From Octopus bimaculoides (Eukaryota): DNA of 46,461 nucleotides. The notes beneath the pieces are model-generated. The model was not told the DNA's origin. It saw nothing but the letters and a program-made list of their open reading frames with translations, and made no database searches. Below are positions 12,637 to 22,800 of the stretch, one piece after another (position 1 is the stretch's first letter; the number at the start of each line of letters is the position of its first letter). The stretch is from NCBI RefSeq assembly GCF_001194135.2, contig NC_068983.1:73867728-73914188 (forward strand), read 5' to 3'. A program made the position numbers and the translations under genes.

Positions 12637-13918
12637 TGTGTGTGTGAGTGTCCTTGTCTTGACATTGTCTGAAAGTTGTGAATGGGCATCACTGTTGTAC
12701 AAGCAGTACCATTCATTTCTGATTTACTGCAAGAACAATTCTGGCCAAGGGAAGTATATCTATCTCTCCTTGGAAACAGGTGAGGGTTGGCAACAGGAAG
12801 GGCATCCAACCAGAGAAAACCTGTTTCAATAAACTCTGTCTGATCAATGCAAGAATAGAAAAGTAGATGTTAAAATGAAATAATGAATATTATGGCATTC
12901 TTACATGAGTCTGACATAGACAAGCAGAGCACTTTGTCAATTCTGCATGATCCTGAAAAAATTGTAGAACACTGGTAAAGACAGGTGTAAGAACTCAGGT
13001 CAGTCATATCACTTTGAAGTAGTTCTATAAATGGTTTGAACCAACTTGGAGACTTAATGGGTGAGGATTGTAAACTGATCTTAATTCTAGATCTTATAGA
13101 TATTCTGTGATTCCATACTCAAAATTGGCATCAAGTTTTTATGAGTTTAATCCAGAGGAAGGAGCTTTGCTGCAACTGGAGGTCACCATTTACAGCTTAA
13201 GTCAATCTTTTTCTTTCTTGTCTAAGTTCCATAGAACTAAATTTAGTACTTAATAGTGCAAATACCAGAAAGTTGCTATTTTCAAACCAGAAATCCAAGC
13301 GAGCAATATCCTAGCCACAGTGGAGAAAGTAAGCCACTGGATTTGGTTAAAAAGAGATGATGAGCAATGGTTAGAAGAATATTGAGTGATGCCTAGTAGA
13401 CAGTTGATCGAGCAAGTGGAGTCTCATCTCAATGAGAGGGGTGGGTAGTGTGCAATAATTCTGTTGAAAGGAAGGCCCCAAAACTGCACGTTATCTCCTG
13501 AATGCGCACTGTTTTGAGGCCTTTTTATCAACCCTGTTAGTGTCTGATATGCAGAACTTTCAATTGGTAGCACTTGTATCTGAAAGTTGTTTGCAGTTAA
13601 TCTATATGAATTATTTCTCACAATCAATTATTATTGATTGAGTGGATCAGCTTTATCCTTCCATTCACCTATACATTTATGTGTGTGTAGGAAATAATTA
13701 TTTATCAAATAGGTGATAGATGCAGACATAGTTTATAGATGCAGACATGGTTTATAGGCACAGGCATGGCTGTATGGTAAGAAACTGGCTTCTTAGCCAC
13801 ATGATTCTGGAATCAGTCTCACTGTATGACATCTAGAGTGAGTGCTTTTCTCTGTAGCCTCAGGCAGACTAAAGCCTTCTGAGTGGATTTGGTGGACAAA
13901 AACTGAAAGAACCTGTCA

Positions 13919-13987
<69 letters not shown>

Positions 13988-15142
13988 CTATATTTGAGTT
14001 TGTATTTTTGTTTGTCTCTCACCACTGTTTGATAACCAATGTTGGTTTGTTTATGTCCCTGTAACTTAGTGGTTCAGCAAAAGAGTTTGATACAATAAGT
14101 ACCAAGCTGAAAAAAACAAGAAGTACAGATGTCAGTTTGTTCAACTAAAACCCTTTAGGGCAGTGACCCAGCATGGCTGAAGTCCAGTGACTAAAACAAG
14201 TAAAAGATAAAAGGTAATTGCATATATTTCCCAAAGGTCAAAAGAGAAGCATCCACCTCCAGCCAATTAGAATATCTCATAAACGTCAGTCACTATAATC
14301 TGGAATTTGTTGAGCTTGTTTAGTTGACCCTAATTGGCTGTTCATCTTTTGGGGCCTGTATTCTATTTTGCAATGTAGTTTTCTTTGTTTCATTTGTCAT
14401 TACTATCATTCTTGATATAATTGCCCGTTTCAATTGTATTGTCGTTATAAATTGCTTTCTCTTGTAATTTCTCTATTGGTGAGAAACCATTATTGGTAAG
14501 CTGATAGAATTGTTAGAGCAATGAAAAAAGAAATGCCATTCTGCATTTTTTCCAGTTCTTTATGTACTATGTCCAAATCCTGTTGAGGTCAACTCTGTCC
14601 TTTATCCCTTTTCGCAAGGAAACTATAAAGTACCTGTCAAATACAGGTGCCAGTGTTATTGGGTGATCCCCCTCACTCAATATTTCTAACCCTTTATTAA
14701 CCCTTTAACATTTAAAAAAGGCCATATCCATTCCAAATATTCTACCTGTTTTATATTCAAATCAGTTAGATCTGGCTTCATACACTTACTCTATGATGCC
14801 CTTCTAAAATAGACAATGACATCTTTGAAATCTTGAAGCTACAAAATGATGCACGGTTAATTCAGAATAATGTGAATAAATAAGCATTACATTTGACAGA
14901 GTAATCTGAATGTTCAAGGGTTAAAGTGGTGAGCTGGAAAAAAATCATTACTGCATTGAACATAATGCTTAGATGCATTTCTTCTGGCACTTCACATTCT
15001 GTGTCCAAATCCTGCCATGGTCAAACTTTACCTTTCATGCTTCAAGGGTCAATAAAATAAATACCAGTTGAGTATTGGGAGTCATTGTAATTGATTTACC
15101 TCCTACCCCCAAAATTCTTGTGCCAAAATTTAAAGCCATAAT

Positions 15143-15211
<69 letters not shown>

Positions 15212-18200
15212 CTTCTTACCTGAGGAAGTCATTTTAAAAAGGAGAAGAAAGTACTTTTATGATGTCAATAATGGAGTGAGTTTCCATATGACCTTCAAGA
15301 AGGAACAGAAGAAAGTCGTGGTCAATACGTGGCAGGATGTCTGCTTCCTCAATTGGGGAAATGGATATGGAAGCATGTACCTGATTGTTAAAACACAGGA
15401 TCAGGTGAGAAGGCAAAGCAGAGCTGGTGCGCCACATGCTCATCCACAGACATGTATTGAACTAGTTGGTGCCACATAACATTGACCTATGAAATATCAG
15501 GAACTTGGTCAATGATATTGATATGGACATGGACTTCTGGATTGCTGTATCCTTTGTGTAACAGTTCAAGTATGTGGTCAGCATAGGGATGACCCACAAC
15601 ATGTTGTCAAATGGGGATTTGCATACACCTTCAGGTCCTGATGACCCCTGATGATCTCAAAGCTATACTGAGGGAGCAGTGAGAAAGCCTGTCAGACTGG
15701 GATTGGTAGTGTAGAGCAGAAGACTGTTGTTACATATGTGAAGGCATCTTGAGAGCCTTATTCACATGAAGTAGGGGAAAAAATAAAGAAGAGAAAAGAC
15801 AGTGGTAGACAGCAGCAATGACAGTGATAACAGCTGACCTCAGTGGTGAAGATCATGGCTGCTGCTGCTAATGCAGTTCTTATAGAACCACTGGTAGCAG
15901 TTTCAAGAAAGCCAAGACAGAAGTAGAGCAAACAAATTACGTCATTCTTACTGCCATTGACACTGGTGGGTGAGCAATAAAGTAGAACAAAAGAAGTCAA
16001 AGAGTTATCTCTTCTCCCTGTAAAGAGCCAGTATATAGAAGCTAAAAGCAGCAGTTCCATCACATCATCTTGTGGTGACAGAGAAGAGGTGGAGCTTAAA
16101 GAAGGGTGGGGAAATGTAGGGGAGAGCAAGAAAGAAAGAAGGGGGATAAAAAATGAAAAAATATATAAAGAGTTCAAATTAAAGACAAGTCACAGACACT
16201 CAGCTTGGTGAGCTTGAACTTTATGAGAATTATTATTAATCACTAAAACCTGACTAAATTGATGATAAATCTACAAATGAAGAAAACAATTTTATGTTGA
16301 TTGAAATAGAGATTGACGATTGATGAGTACCTGGCACACTTAAAGTTTTAGTGGTTGTTGAAGACCACTTCAGTGGTTTACTAACAGGTAAGGGTCACTG
16401 CCCAGTTAGTGTCAGACTCTTAACCCTTTAGCACTTAAACCGGTCATATCTGGCCGAAATATTCAGTCCTGTTGTATCTTCAAACTGACCAGATCCAGCC
16501 CCTTACACTTCTCCTACAATATTATTCTGAAAATAAACAATCATGTCATTGAAATCTCAAAGTTATAAGATAATGCATGACTAATTCAAATCAATGTAAA
16601 TAAACAAGCATTTCAATTTACAGAGAAATCTGAATGCTAGAGGGTTAAGGATTTGTTTTAGACCAAAGATGCTCCCAGTTTCTGGAAGGTGGCCAAAATG
16701 AATGGAATTAAGAGTCAGAAGATGTCCTGACTCTATCTATGTCACAGTAGCTTTTCACTTGAGTGGATGTCACAGTGGATGTCACAGTAGCTTTTCACTT
16801 GAGTGGATTGCCCTTATTTGTTAGATTTGTTTTACTAAATTTTTAACCTGTTTCGATATATATATTGTACTATGACCCACCCACCACTTTCCTTGTTATA
16901 TGTTGTCACATTTTATTATTATTATTGAGATGTTGTTGTTTTGGTTACCTCTTCTATGCAGGAATGAACACTGGATCATACTATGCTATCTCAACGTTAC
17001 TAAACACAGTTGTGTTGAAATACTTCCCAGTAAGTATGCTTCCTCTATTGATTTGTCTTTTATGTCCCTATTGGGGCAGGCTGTGTGATTAAGAAATTCA
17101 CTTCATAACTATATAGTTCTGGGTTTGATCAAATCACACTATGACACCTTGGGCTAATGTAATCTTAGCTTGATTAATTCTTTATAAACGGGAATTAGTA
17201 AAAAGAAACTGTGTGGTATATATATACCAGGCTGAGTAAAAAGTAAGCAACGTTTTGAAACATGAAATTCATCACAATATATTTCAACAATGTGGAATTT
17301 TTATTCATCAAAGTAAGTACCATTACAATCAACACATTTTTGCCAATGAGTTACAAATTTTACTCTTTTACTTGTTTCAGTCATTTGACTGCGGCCATGC
17401 TGGAGCACCGCCTTTAGTCGAATCAAATCGACCCCAGGACTTATTCTTTGTAAGCCTAGTACTTATTCTATTGGTCTCTTTTGCCGAACCGCTAAGTTAC
17501 GGGGACGTAAACACACCTGCATTGGTTGTCAAGCGATGTTGGGGGCCAAACACAGGNNNNNNNNNNNNNNNNNNNNNNNNNNNNNNNNNNNNNNNNNNNN
17601 NNNNNNNNNNNNNNNNNNNNNNNNNNNNNNNNNNNNNNNNNNNNNNNNNNNNNNNNNNNNNNNNNNNNNNNNNNNNNNNNNNNNNNNNNNNNNNNNNNNN
17701 NNNNNNNNNNNNNNNNNNNNNNNNNNNNNNNNNNNNNNNNNNNNNNNNNNNNNNNNNNNNNNNNNNNNNNNNNNNNNNNNNNNNNNNNNNNNNNNNNNNN
17801 NNNNNNNNNNNNNNNNNNNNNNNNNNNNNNGGTTGGTAAGCAAGCTACTTACCACACAGCCACTCCTGCGCCTATTTGTTTATTCCAATAACATAAAAAT
17901 CTGGAGTTCTGGAGTTGATGAACTCTTTGAACACACTTTCAGCATTGGTTTGATTTGAACTCCTTCTCTTGCAGGAAACCATCAAGGTGCTTGAAAAAGT
18001 GGTAGTTGGTAGCAGAAAGGTCTGGGGAATAAACTGGGTGGGGAAGAACTTCATAGCCAAGTTCCTTCAACTTCTGGAGCATCATTAGTGAAATTTGTGG
18101 TCGAGCATTGTCGTGAAAAATGATTGGCCCTCTTCTGTTGACCAGTCTTGGACAGTAGAATAGCAGTTTTTCGTTCATTTTGGTAATTTCATGGCAATAT

Positions 18201-19081
18201 GTTTCTGCAGTAATGGCTTTCTGGATTTTAAGAAGTTATACTGGATGAGTCCAGCAGTATACCACCAGTCACCATATCCTTTTTGTAGAGCTCGGATTTA
18301 GGGAAGATTTTGGTGCTTCATTTTAGTCCAACCACTGTGAAGAATGTTTTTTATTATTGTTGTGATGCATGTGGTTGTGATGCGTGTGGCTGGTGTACCC
18401 TTATCAGATGAGTAGTCATGATGGGTATATTGGGCTCCGTATATTTTACCCCGGTGTCCCTTTGATGGCATATGCTGCTCTCTCACCCACTAATGATAAT
18501 GATAATAATAATGACAATGTAGCAAGGATGATCCATTGGGAGCTCTGTGGAAGTCACAGCCTACAAAGAGCAAAGATGTGGTATGAGAAAATCCCAGAAG
18601 GAGTCAATGAGAATGAGAATTGAATAATCCTGTGGCATGCAATGATTCAGTGCAATCACCTGACCAAACATCGGAAACTGGACATTGTTGTGGTGAATAA
18701 AAAAGAAAGAACATGTATGATAATTGACATGGCATGTCCTGGTGACAACAGAATCAAAGAGAAAGAAGAAGAAAAAATGAACAACTACAACGATTTGAAG
18801 TGGGAAATATAATGGTTGTGGTCAGTGAAGAAAGTGGACATGGTACCAATAGGAATTGATGCACTTGGAAGTATCAGCACTCAACTACCAGCATGGCTGA
18901 AAAAAATTGGTACAAATGTGAAGGTAGAACACCTACAAAAATCGGCATTGCTTGGAATTGCAAGAATTCTTCACGGGGTTCTTGAAGCATGACCAGTAAA
19001 TAAGTGACACCTTAGTCTGCTGGCTGTGGACAGCTGATACTTTCCATCATACCCAGCAAAATAAGCCAAGAGCTTTCATCA

Positions 19082-19121
<40 letters not shown>

Positions 19122-22100
19122 GAAGACCTGGAAATAGAGCTAACTCGAATATGGAATCTAAAAACAGAAACAATTCCTATCATAGTAGGTGCCTTAGGTA
19201 TAATAAAAAAATATTCAGACAAATACATAACAAAAACACCAGGACTTACAAATATATATAACATACAGAAAATTGCACTACTGGGCACTGCACACATCCT
19301 ACGCAAAACTCTTTCAATACAGTAACCATAAGAGCATCACAGCAAACCACAGCACATACCCAAGGCACACAGGGCTGCGCTCGGTAGTGAAGTGAAAGCA
19401 CGTTATAAAAATAAAACTACTGAATAATGATAATAATAATGTTGATCTGATATAGTTATTGTTGTTGTTTTATTGAACAGGGCTATCAGAAAGAAGTGGG
19501 AGAAATTGGATTAACAATTATTATTTCTGGAGTAGCTGGATCTGTTGTGGCTGGATTGTGGCTTGACAAAACCAAAACATTCAAGTAAGTCCCCAATGTT
19601 ACATTTTCATGATATTGTGATATTGTTGTTATGTCTCTCTCTCTCTCTCTCTCTCTCGCTCTCTGTCATATTCTTCCTCCGCCTCCGCTTCTTCTTCACT
19701 ACTGTCCATCACTATCCACTAACACCCTTACCACGATCACTTCTCCACCACCATTACTTCCTGCCACCATCACCTCCCCCTGCCTCCCACATCACCTCCC
19801 CCTGCCTCCCACATTATCCCCCTGCCTCCCACATCACCTCCCCCTGCCTTCCACATCACTCCCACAGCTTCCTCCACCATTATCCCATTACCTCTGCTGT
19901 CTTCACTACTATCGCACCCACTGCCCTCCCCCCACACCAACTTAACCTTTTTCAATCCTGATCAAAGATAGTCCAATTGAGATCATATTGTTTCTTTTTG
20001 TGTGAGCATAATGTATCTAAGACTACATTATCCAATGTGTACTTACTCTTTTGGAAGACAAGGTGCAATATGAGAGAGAGAGAGAAAGTTAGTTGCTATT
20101 TCCAGCAGGTTAGGTGACCATACATAGGCTTCTTAGAATCATTAGAGGCCTGGAAAAATGCCTTGTGGTATTTGTCCTAGCTCTTACTTCTTGAGTATAA
20201 ATCTCATTGAGGTTAACTTTGCCTTTCACCCTCACAGGTTCAAGTGCTGGGGTTGATTAAATTGACTATACTTCCCACTCCAAAATTGTGGCCTTTTGCC
20301 TGTATTAAAAACAATTATTTAACCAAATTGAAGCTAATTTCATTTGAACCCATGATAATGAGATGTAGTGTTAGTTACACAAGAGCTTCAAATCTTACAC
20401 TTTACTATCTCAACTATCTCCATTTCTAGGTTGAATGTATAATATGACTGGCTTATAGTTATCAGTTGATCTTCCACTGCATGTCTTTTGTTGTATCTCT
20501 CGGTAAACTACCAAATACAGTAACAGACCAGTTAGCTAACAAGCTTGGGGCTGGAAGTGGCTTGGATTACTGGATTTTTCAGTTTTCTGGAAACAACCTA
20601 AATATTAAAAAAGATAAAATATACTAAATTGTATTTAATATACTCTCTTACTCTTTTACTTGTTTCAGTCATTTGACTGTGGCCATGCTGGAGCACCGCC
20701 TTTAGTCGAGCAAATCGACCCCAGGACTTATTCTTTGTAAGCCTAGTACTTATTCTAGCGGTCTCTCTTGCCGAACCGCTAAGTTATGGGGATGTAAACA
20801 CACCACCATCGGTTGTCAAGTGATGTTGGGAGGACAAACACAGACACACAAACATATATACACACATACATATATATATGCATACATACGACGGGCTTCT
20901 TTCAGTTTCCGTCTACCAAATCCACTCACAAGGCTTTGGTTGGCTCGATGCTATAAAAGAAGACACTTGCCCAAGGTGCCACGCAGTGGTAATGAACCCA
21001 GAACCATGTGGTTGGTAAGCAAGCTACTTACCACACTCACTTCTAAAGTGATATTTATCAATCCACTCAAAATTCTTAAAATATATCATACTGTAACATG
21101 TATACAGAATGTTTACAGGATAAAAATTAAACAAAGTAGAGAACATGATTTTATTTAACAGGTACAGATACAAATGGATACACTTCTAAAGTATAGTATG
21201 TTCAATCTTTATCAATTCATATGTAAAAGTAAAAAAACAAAACCATTTTCAACATGTATGCAAATTAACCAACTTCAAAAACAGGGTCTGTTTACTAAAT
21301 ATAGGGTACAGTATATTGCATGAAATGGCAGAGTATTTCTGAATTTCTGGATATTCTGGATTTCTTAAATCAGATAAGAGGTCTGGTACTGTACTATGAG
21401 CTAATATGGAAACGTCTATACAGTGTCTAGACCTACTAGAAATTGTAGCAAAATCTCTCTTAAATCATCTTGAAGAAGAAGGAGGGATGTATTCGACAAT
21501 GTAGTTCTGTGTGTGCAATGTCTGAAAAATGGACAGAGTGGTGATGCATAGAATGCCTTTAATTGGACAAAGCTGACCTAGAGTAACTAGCAATAAAAAC
21601 AACAACAACACCTAATACTACTCCTTCCTATCCAAGAGAAATATTTATCCTCTAATCTTGATACTACTCAAACAAATATCATTTTGCACTTGGTTTATGA
21701 AGTTATGGTTTATGAAAAAGTGAAGGCATGTAGCTTAGTGGTTAGGATATTTGGCTCACAATCATAAGGTCATGAGTTCAATTCCTGGCAGTGTGTTGTG
21801 CTCTTGAACAAGACACTTTATTTCACATTACTCCAGTTCACTCAGCTGGCAAAAACAAGTTGTACCTGTATTTCAAAAGGCCAACTTTTGTCACATTCTG
21901 TGCCATGCTAAATCTCTCTGAGAACTATGTTTAGGATATGTGTGTCTGTGGAGTGCTCAGCCACTTGCACTTTAATTTTACGAGCAGGCTGTCTGTTGAT
22001 TGGATCAACTGGAACCCTTGTTGTTGTAACTGATGGCATGCCAGGTGGTGGCTTATGAAAATAAACAACAAAAAAATTAACCCCCCCCCACCACCACCTC

Positions 22101-22304
22101 CAACACATCACACAGAACGTACACACAACACATAAACTCATTCAAGTCTTAACTGATATTTAAAAAAAAATTGTCTTTTTTTTTCTTTTGCAGAAGTACT
22201 ACATTAATGATGTATTTGCTATCTCTTGGAGGGATGATAGCATTCACGTTCACACTTGATCTCAACAAAATTTGGATAATTTTCATCAGTGCCGGTGTTT
22301 TAGG
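7249..22304 (+). CDS. FLVCR: Partial multi-exon gene (5 internal coding exons) encoding an FLVCR1/FLVCR2-like MFS transporter (SLC49A family; choline/ethanolamine uniporter, historically called heme exporter)
   Basis: Manual splice join(7249..7390,11994..12134,16962..17029,19481..19584,22194..22304) gives one open frame: VGVAIGFLVPPVIITESGVVEEIGQDLSHMFYGTAGVTTALFLLCLVGFQKQPPEPPSRAQMLALQAGLGTNNYLVTLFRLLKNWSYTLLMVTYGMNTGSYYAISTLLNTVVLKYFPGYQKEVGEIGLTIIISGVAGSVVAGLWLDKTKTFKSTTLMMYLLSLGGMIAFTFTLDLNKIWIIFISAGVLG. It matches FLVCR motifs recalled from vertebrate proteins: GxAxGFLxPP, MFYG, PPSxAQ, YxxSTLLN, GxIGL, GLWLDxTKTxKxTT, FTFTLDL. FLVCR1 versus FLVCR2 orthology cannot be resolved from this fragment. 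Confidence 0.93.
7605..7636. repeat. (GTCA)8 microsatellite
   Basis: Read directly. Confidence 0.9.
7977..8532 (+). mobile_element. Non-coding ~556-bp interspersed element flanked on both sides by (TAA)n
   Basis: Second copy at 37089-37590 and 3' fragment at 18371-18490; the right end is constant (tgctctctca + (AAT)n) and the left end varies. Confidence 0.85.
11583..11797 (-). mobile_element. SINE family C (tRNA-like head ggtgagctggcaga...gagttcaaattc; central gtcgactttgcctttcatcc...aagtacca)
   Basis: Homologous to copies at 14925-15140, 34234-34445, 36040-36255, 37895-38090, 38185-38385 and 40618-40827; an older copy lies at 11423-11570. Confidence 0.8.
11994..12134 (+). CDS. FLVCR: FLVCR-like coding exon B (141 nt, phase 1 to 1)
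   Basis: Acceptor atttatattccag, donor ATG|gtaagt; encodes (G)FQKQPPEPPSRAQMLALQAGLGTNNYLVTLFRLLKNWSYTLLMVTY. Confidence 0.92.
12465..12880 (+). mobile_element. SINE family A variant A2 (A head + internal (TG)n + alternative tail containing GGAAGGGCATCCA)
   Basis: Same architecture as 30387-30872. Confidence 0.75.
13755..14212 (+). mobile_element. SINE family A, full length, diverged, with internal (TA)n
   Basis: Head taggcacaggcatggctg, core, internal microsatellite 13921-13990, tail cagcatggc..gtgactaaaacaagtaaaag. Confidence 0.85.
14701..14920. mobile_element. piggyBac-type MITE, 220 bp
   Basis: TTAA|CCCTTT...CAAGGG|TTAA; homologous to 16424-16644 and 32318-32537. Confidence 0.85.
14925..15140 (+). 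mobile_element. SINE family C followed by (ACT)n
   Basis: agtggtgagctgg head and ctttcatgcttcaagggtcaataaaata core; another diverged copy at about 14490-14696. Confidence 0.75.
15143..15210. repeat. (ACT)n microsatellite, about 22 units
   Basis: Read directly; explains the poly-T and poly-V ORFs. Confidence 0.95.
16424..16644. mobile_element. piggyBac-type MITE, 221 bp
   Basis: TTAA|CCCTTTAGCA...TGCTAGAGGG|TTAA. Confidence 0.87.
16962..17029 (+). CDS. FLVCR: FLVCR-like coding exon C (68 nt, phase 1 to 0)
   Basis: Acceptor cttctatgcag, donor CCA|gtaagt; encodes (G)MNTGSYYAISTLLNTVVLKYFP. Confidence 0.92.
17227..18300 (-). mobile_element. Mariner (Hsmar1/SETMAR-like) transposase C-terminal remnant plus right end, interrupted by a SINE
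   Basis: Minus-strand peptide GPIIFHDNARPQ...LGYEVLPHPVYSPDLSATNYHFFKHLDGFL. After removing the SINE (17361-17875) it continues GINK..LVTHWQKCVDCNGTYFDE*, then an end sequence abutting TA at 17225-17226. Confidence 0.88.
17361..17875 (-). mobile_element. SINE family A, young copy (N-gap over its internal microsatellite)
   Basis: Near-identical to 20641-21036, 39835-40357 and 41200-41985. Confidence 0.9.
18371..18490 (+). mobile_element. 3' fragment of the (TAA)n-embedded element
   Basis: Matches 8415-8532 and 37470-37590 and ends in a TAA-like tail. Confidence 0.8.
18511..19120 (+). mobile_element. 3' end of a restriction-like-endonuclease (R4/Dong-type) non-LTR retrotransposon, copy 1, with (TAA)n tail
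   Basis: Peptide DNVARMIHWELC...HRKLDIVVVNKKERTCMIIDMACPGDNRIKEKEEEKMNNYNDL...VPIGIDALG...LQKSALLGIARILHGVLEA* (TGA 18990-18992), which fits the PD-(D/E)xK-type RLE pattern; 3' UTR then (TAA)13. Confidence 0.85.
19121..19440 (+). mobile_element. 3' end of a second, different RLE-type (R4/Dong-type) LINE with TAA tail
   Basis: Peptide EDLEIELTRIWNLKTETIPIIVGALGIIKKYSDKYITKTPGLTNIYNIQKIALLGTAHILRKTLSIQ* (TAA 19323-19325), unrelated 3' UTR, TAA-like tail. Confidence 0.85.
19481..19584 (+). CDS. FLVCR: FLVCR-like coding exon D (104 nt, phase 0 to 2)
   Basis: Acceptor tttattgaacag, donor CAA|gtaagt; encodes GYQKEVGEIGLTIIISGVAGSVVAGLWLDKTKTF(K). Confidence 0.92.
19768..19853. repeat. C-rich minisatellite, about 4 copies of a 22-bp unit (CATCACCTCCCCCTGCCTCCCA)
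   Basis: Read directly; one unit is 20 bp. Confidence 0.85.
20641..21036 (-). mobile_element. SINE family A, young copy
   Basis: High identity to the other family A copies. Confidence 0.9.
21722..22043 (+). mobile_element. SINE with tRNA-like head, CORE-like block (ttgaacaagacactttatttcac..ctccagttcactcagctg) and family B tail
   Basis: Tail shared with 35490-35828; core shared with 25911-26177. Confidence 0.78.
22194..22304 (+). CDS. FLVCR: FLVCR-like coding exon E (111 nt, phase 2 to 2)
   Basis: Acceptor ttttttttcttttgcag, donor AGG|gtacgt; encodes (K)STTLMMYLLSLGGMIAFTFTLDLNKIWIIFISAGVL(G). Confidence 0.92.
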
Positions 22305-22340
22305 GTACGTACTTTATCTCTTGTTTGAACCTGCTGCATA

Positions 22341-22565
22341 TCTTTCATCTTTTATCTTTTACTTGTTTCCGTCATTAAACTGAGGCCATACTGGGGCATC
22401 ACCTTGATAAATTTTTAGTCGAATGAATTGACCCCAGAACTTTCTTTTGTTAAGCCTGGTGCTTACTCTATTGCTCTCTTTTGCTGAACCACTAGGTTAC
22501 AAGGACGTAAACACGCTAACATCAGTTGTTAAGTGGTGGTGGGGGAGGACAAATACAAGCACAAA

Positions 22566-22608
<43 letters not shown>

Positions 22609-22799
22609 CCACACATACTCACACACACACAACATATATGATAGGCTTCTTTCAGTTTCTGCCTGCCAAATCCACTCAAAAAGCTTTGGTCAGCTCAAGG
22701 CTATAGCAGAAGACACTTGCTCAAGATGGCATGCTGTGAGACTAAACCCAGAATGATGTGATTGAGAAACAACTTATTATATTACTATGTCTGCACCTA
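22341..22799 (-). mobile_element. SINE family A, diverged, with internal (CT)n/(CA)n
   Basis: Homology to family A; starts 36 nt after the exon E donor. Confidence 0.8.
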
Positions 22800-22800
22800 C

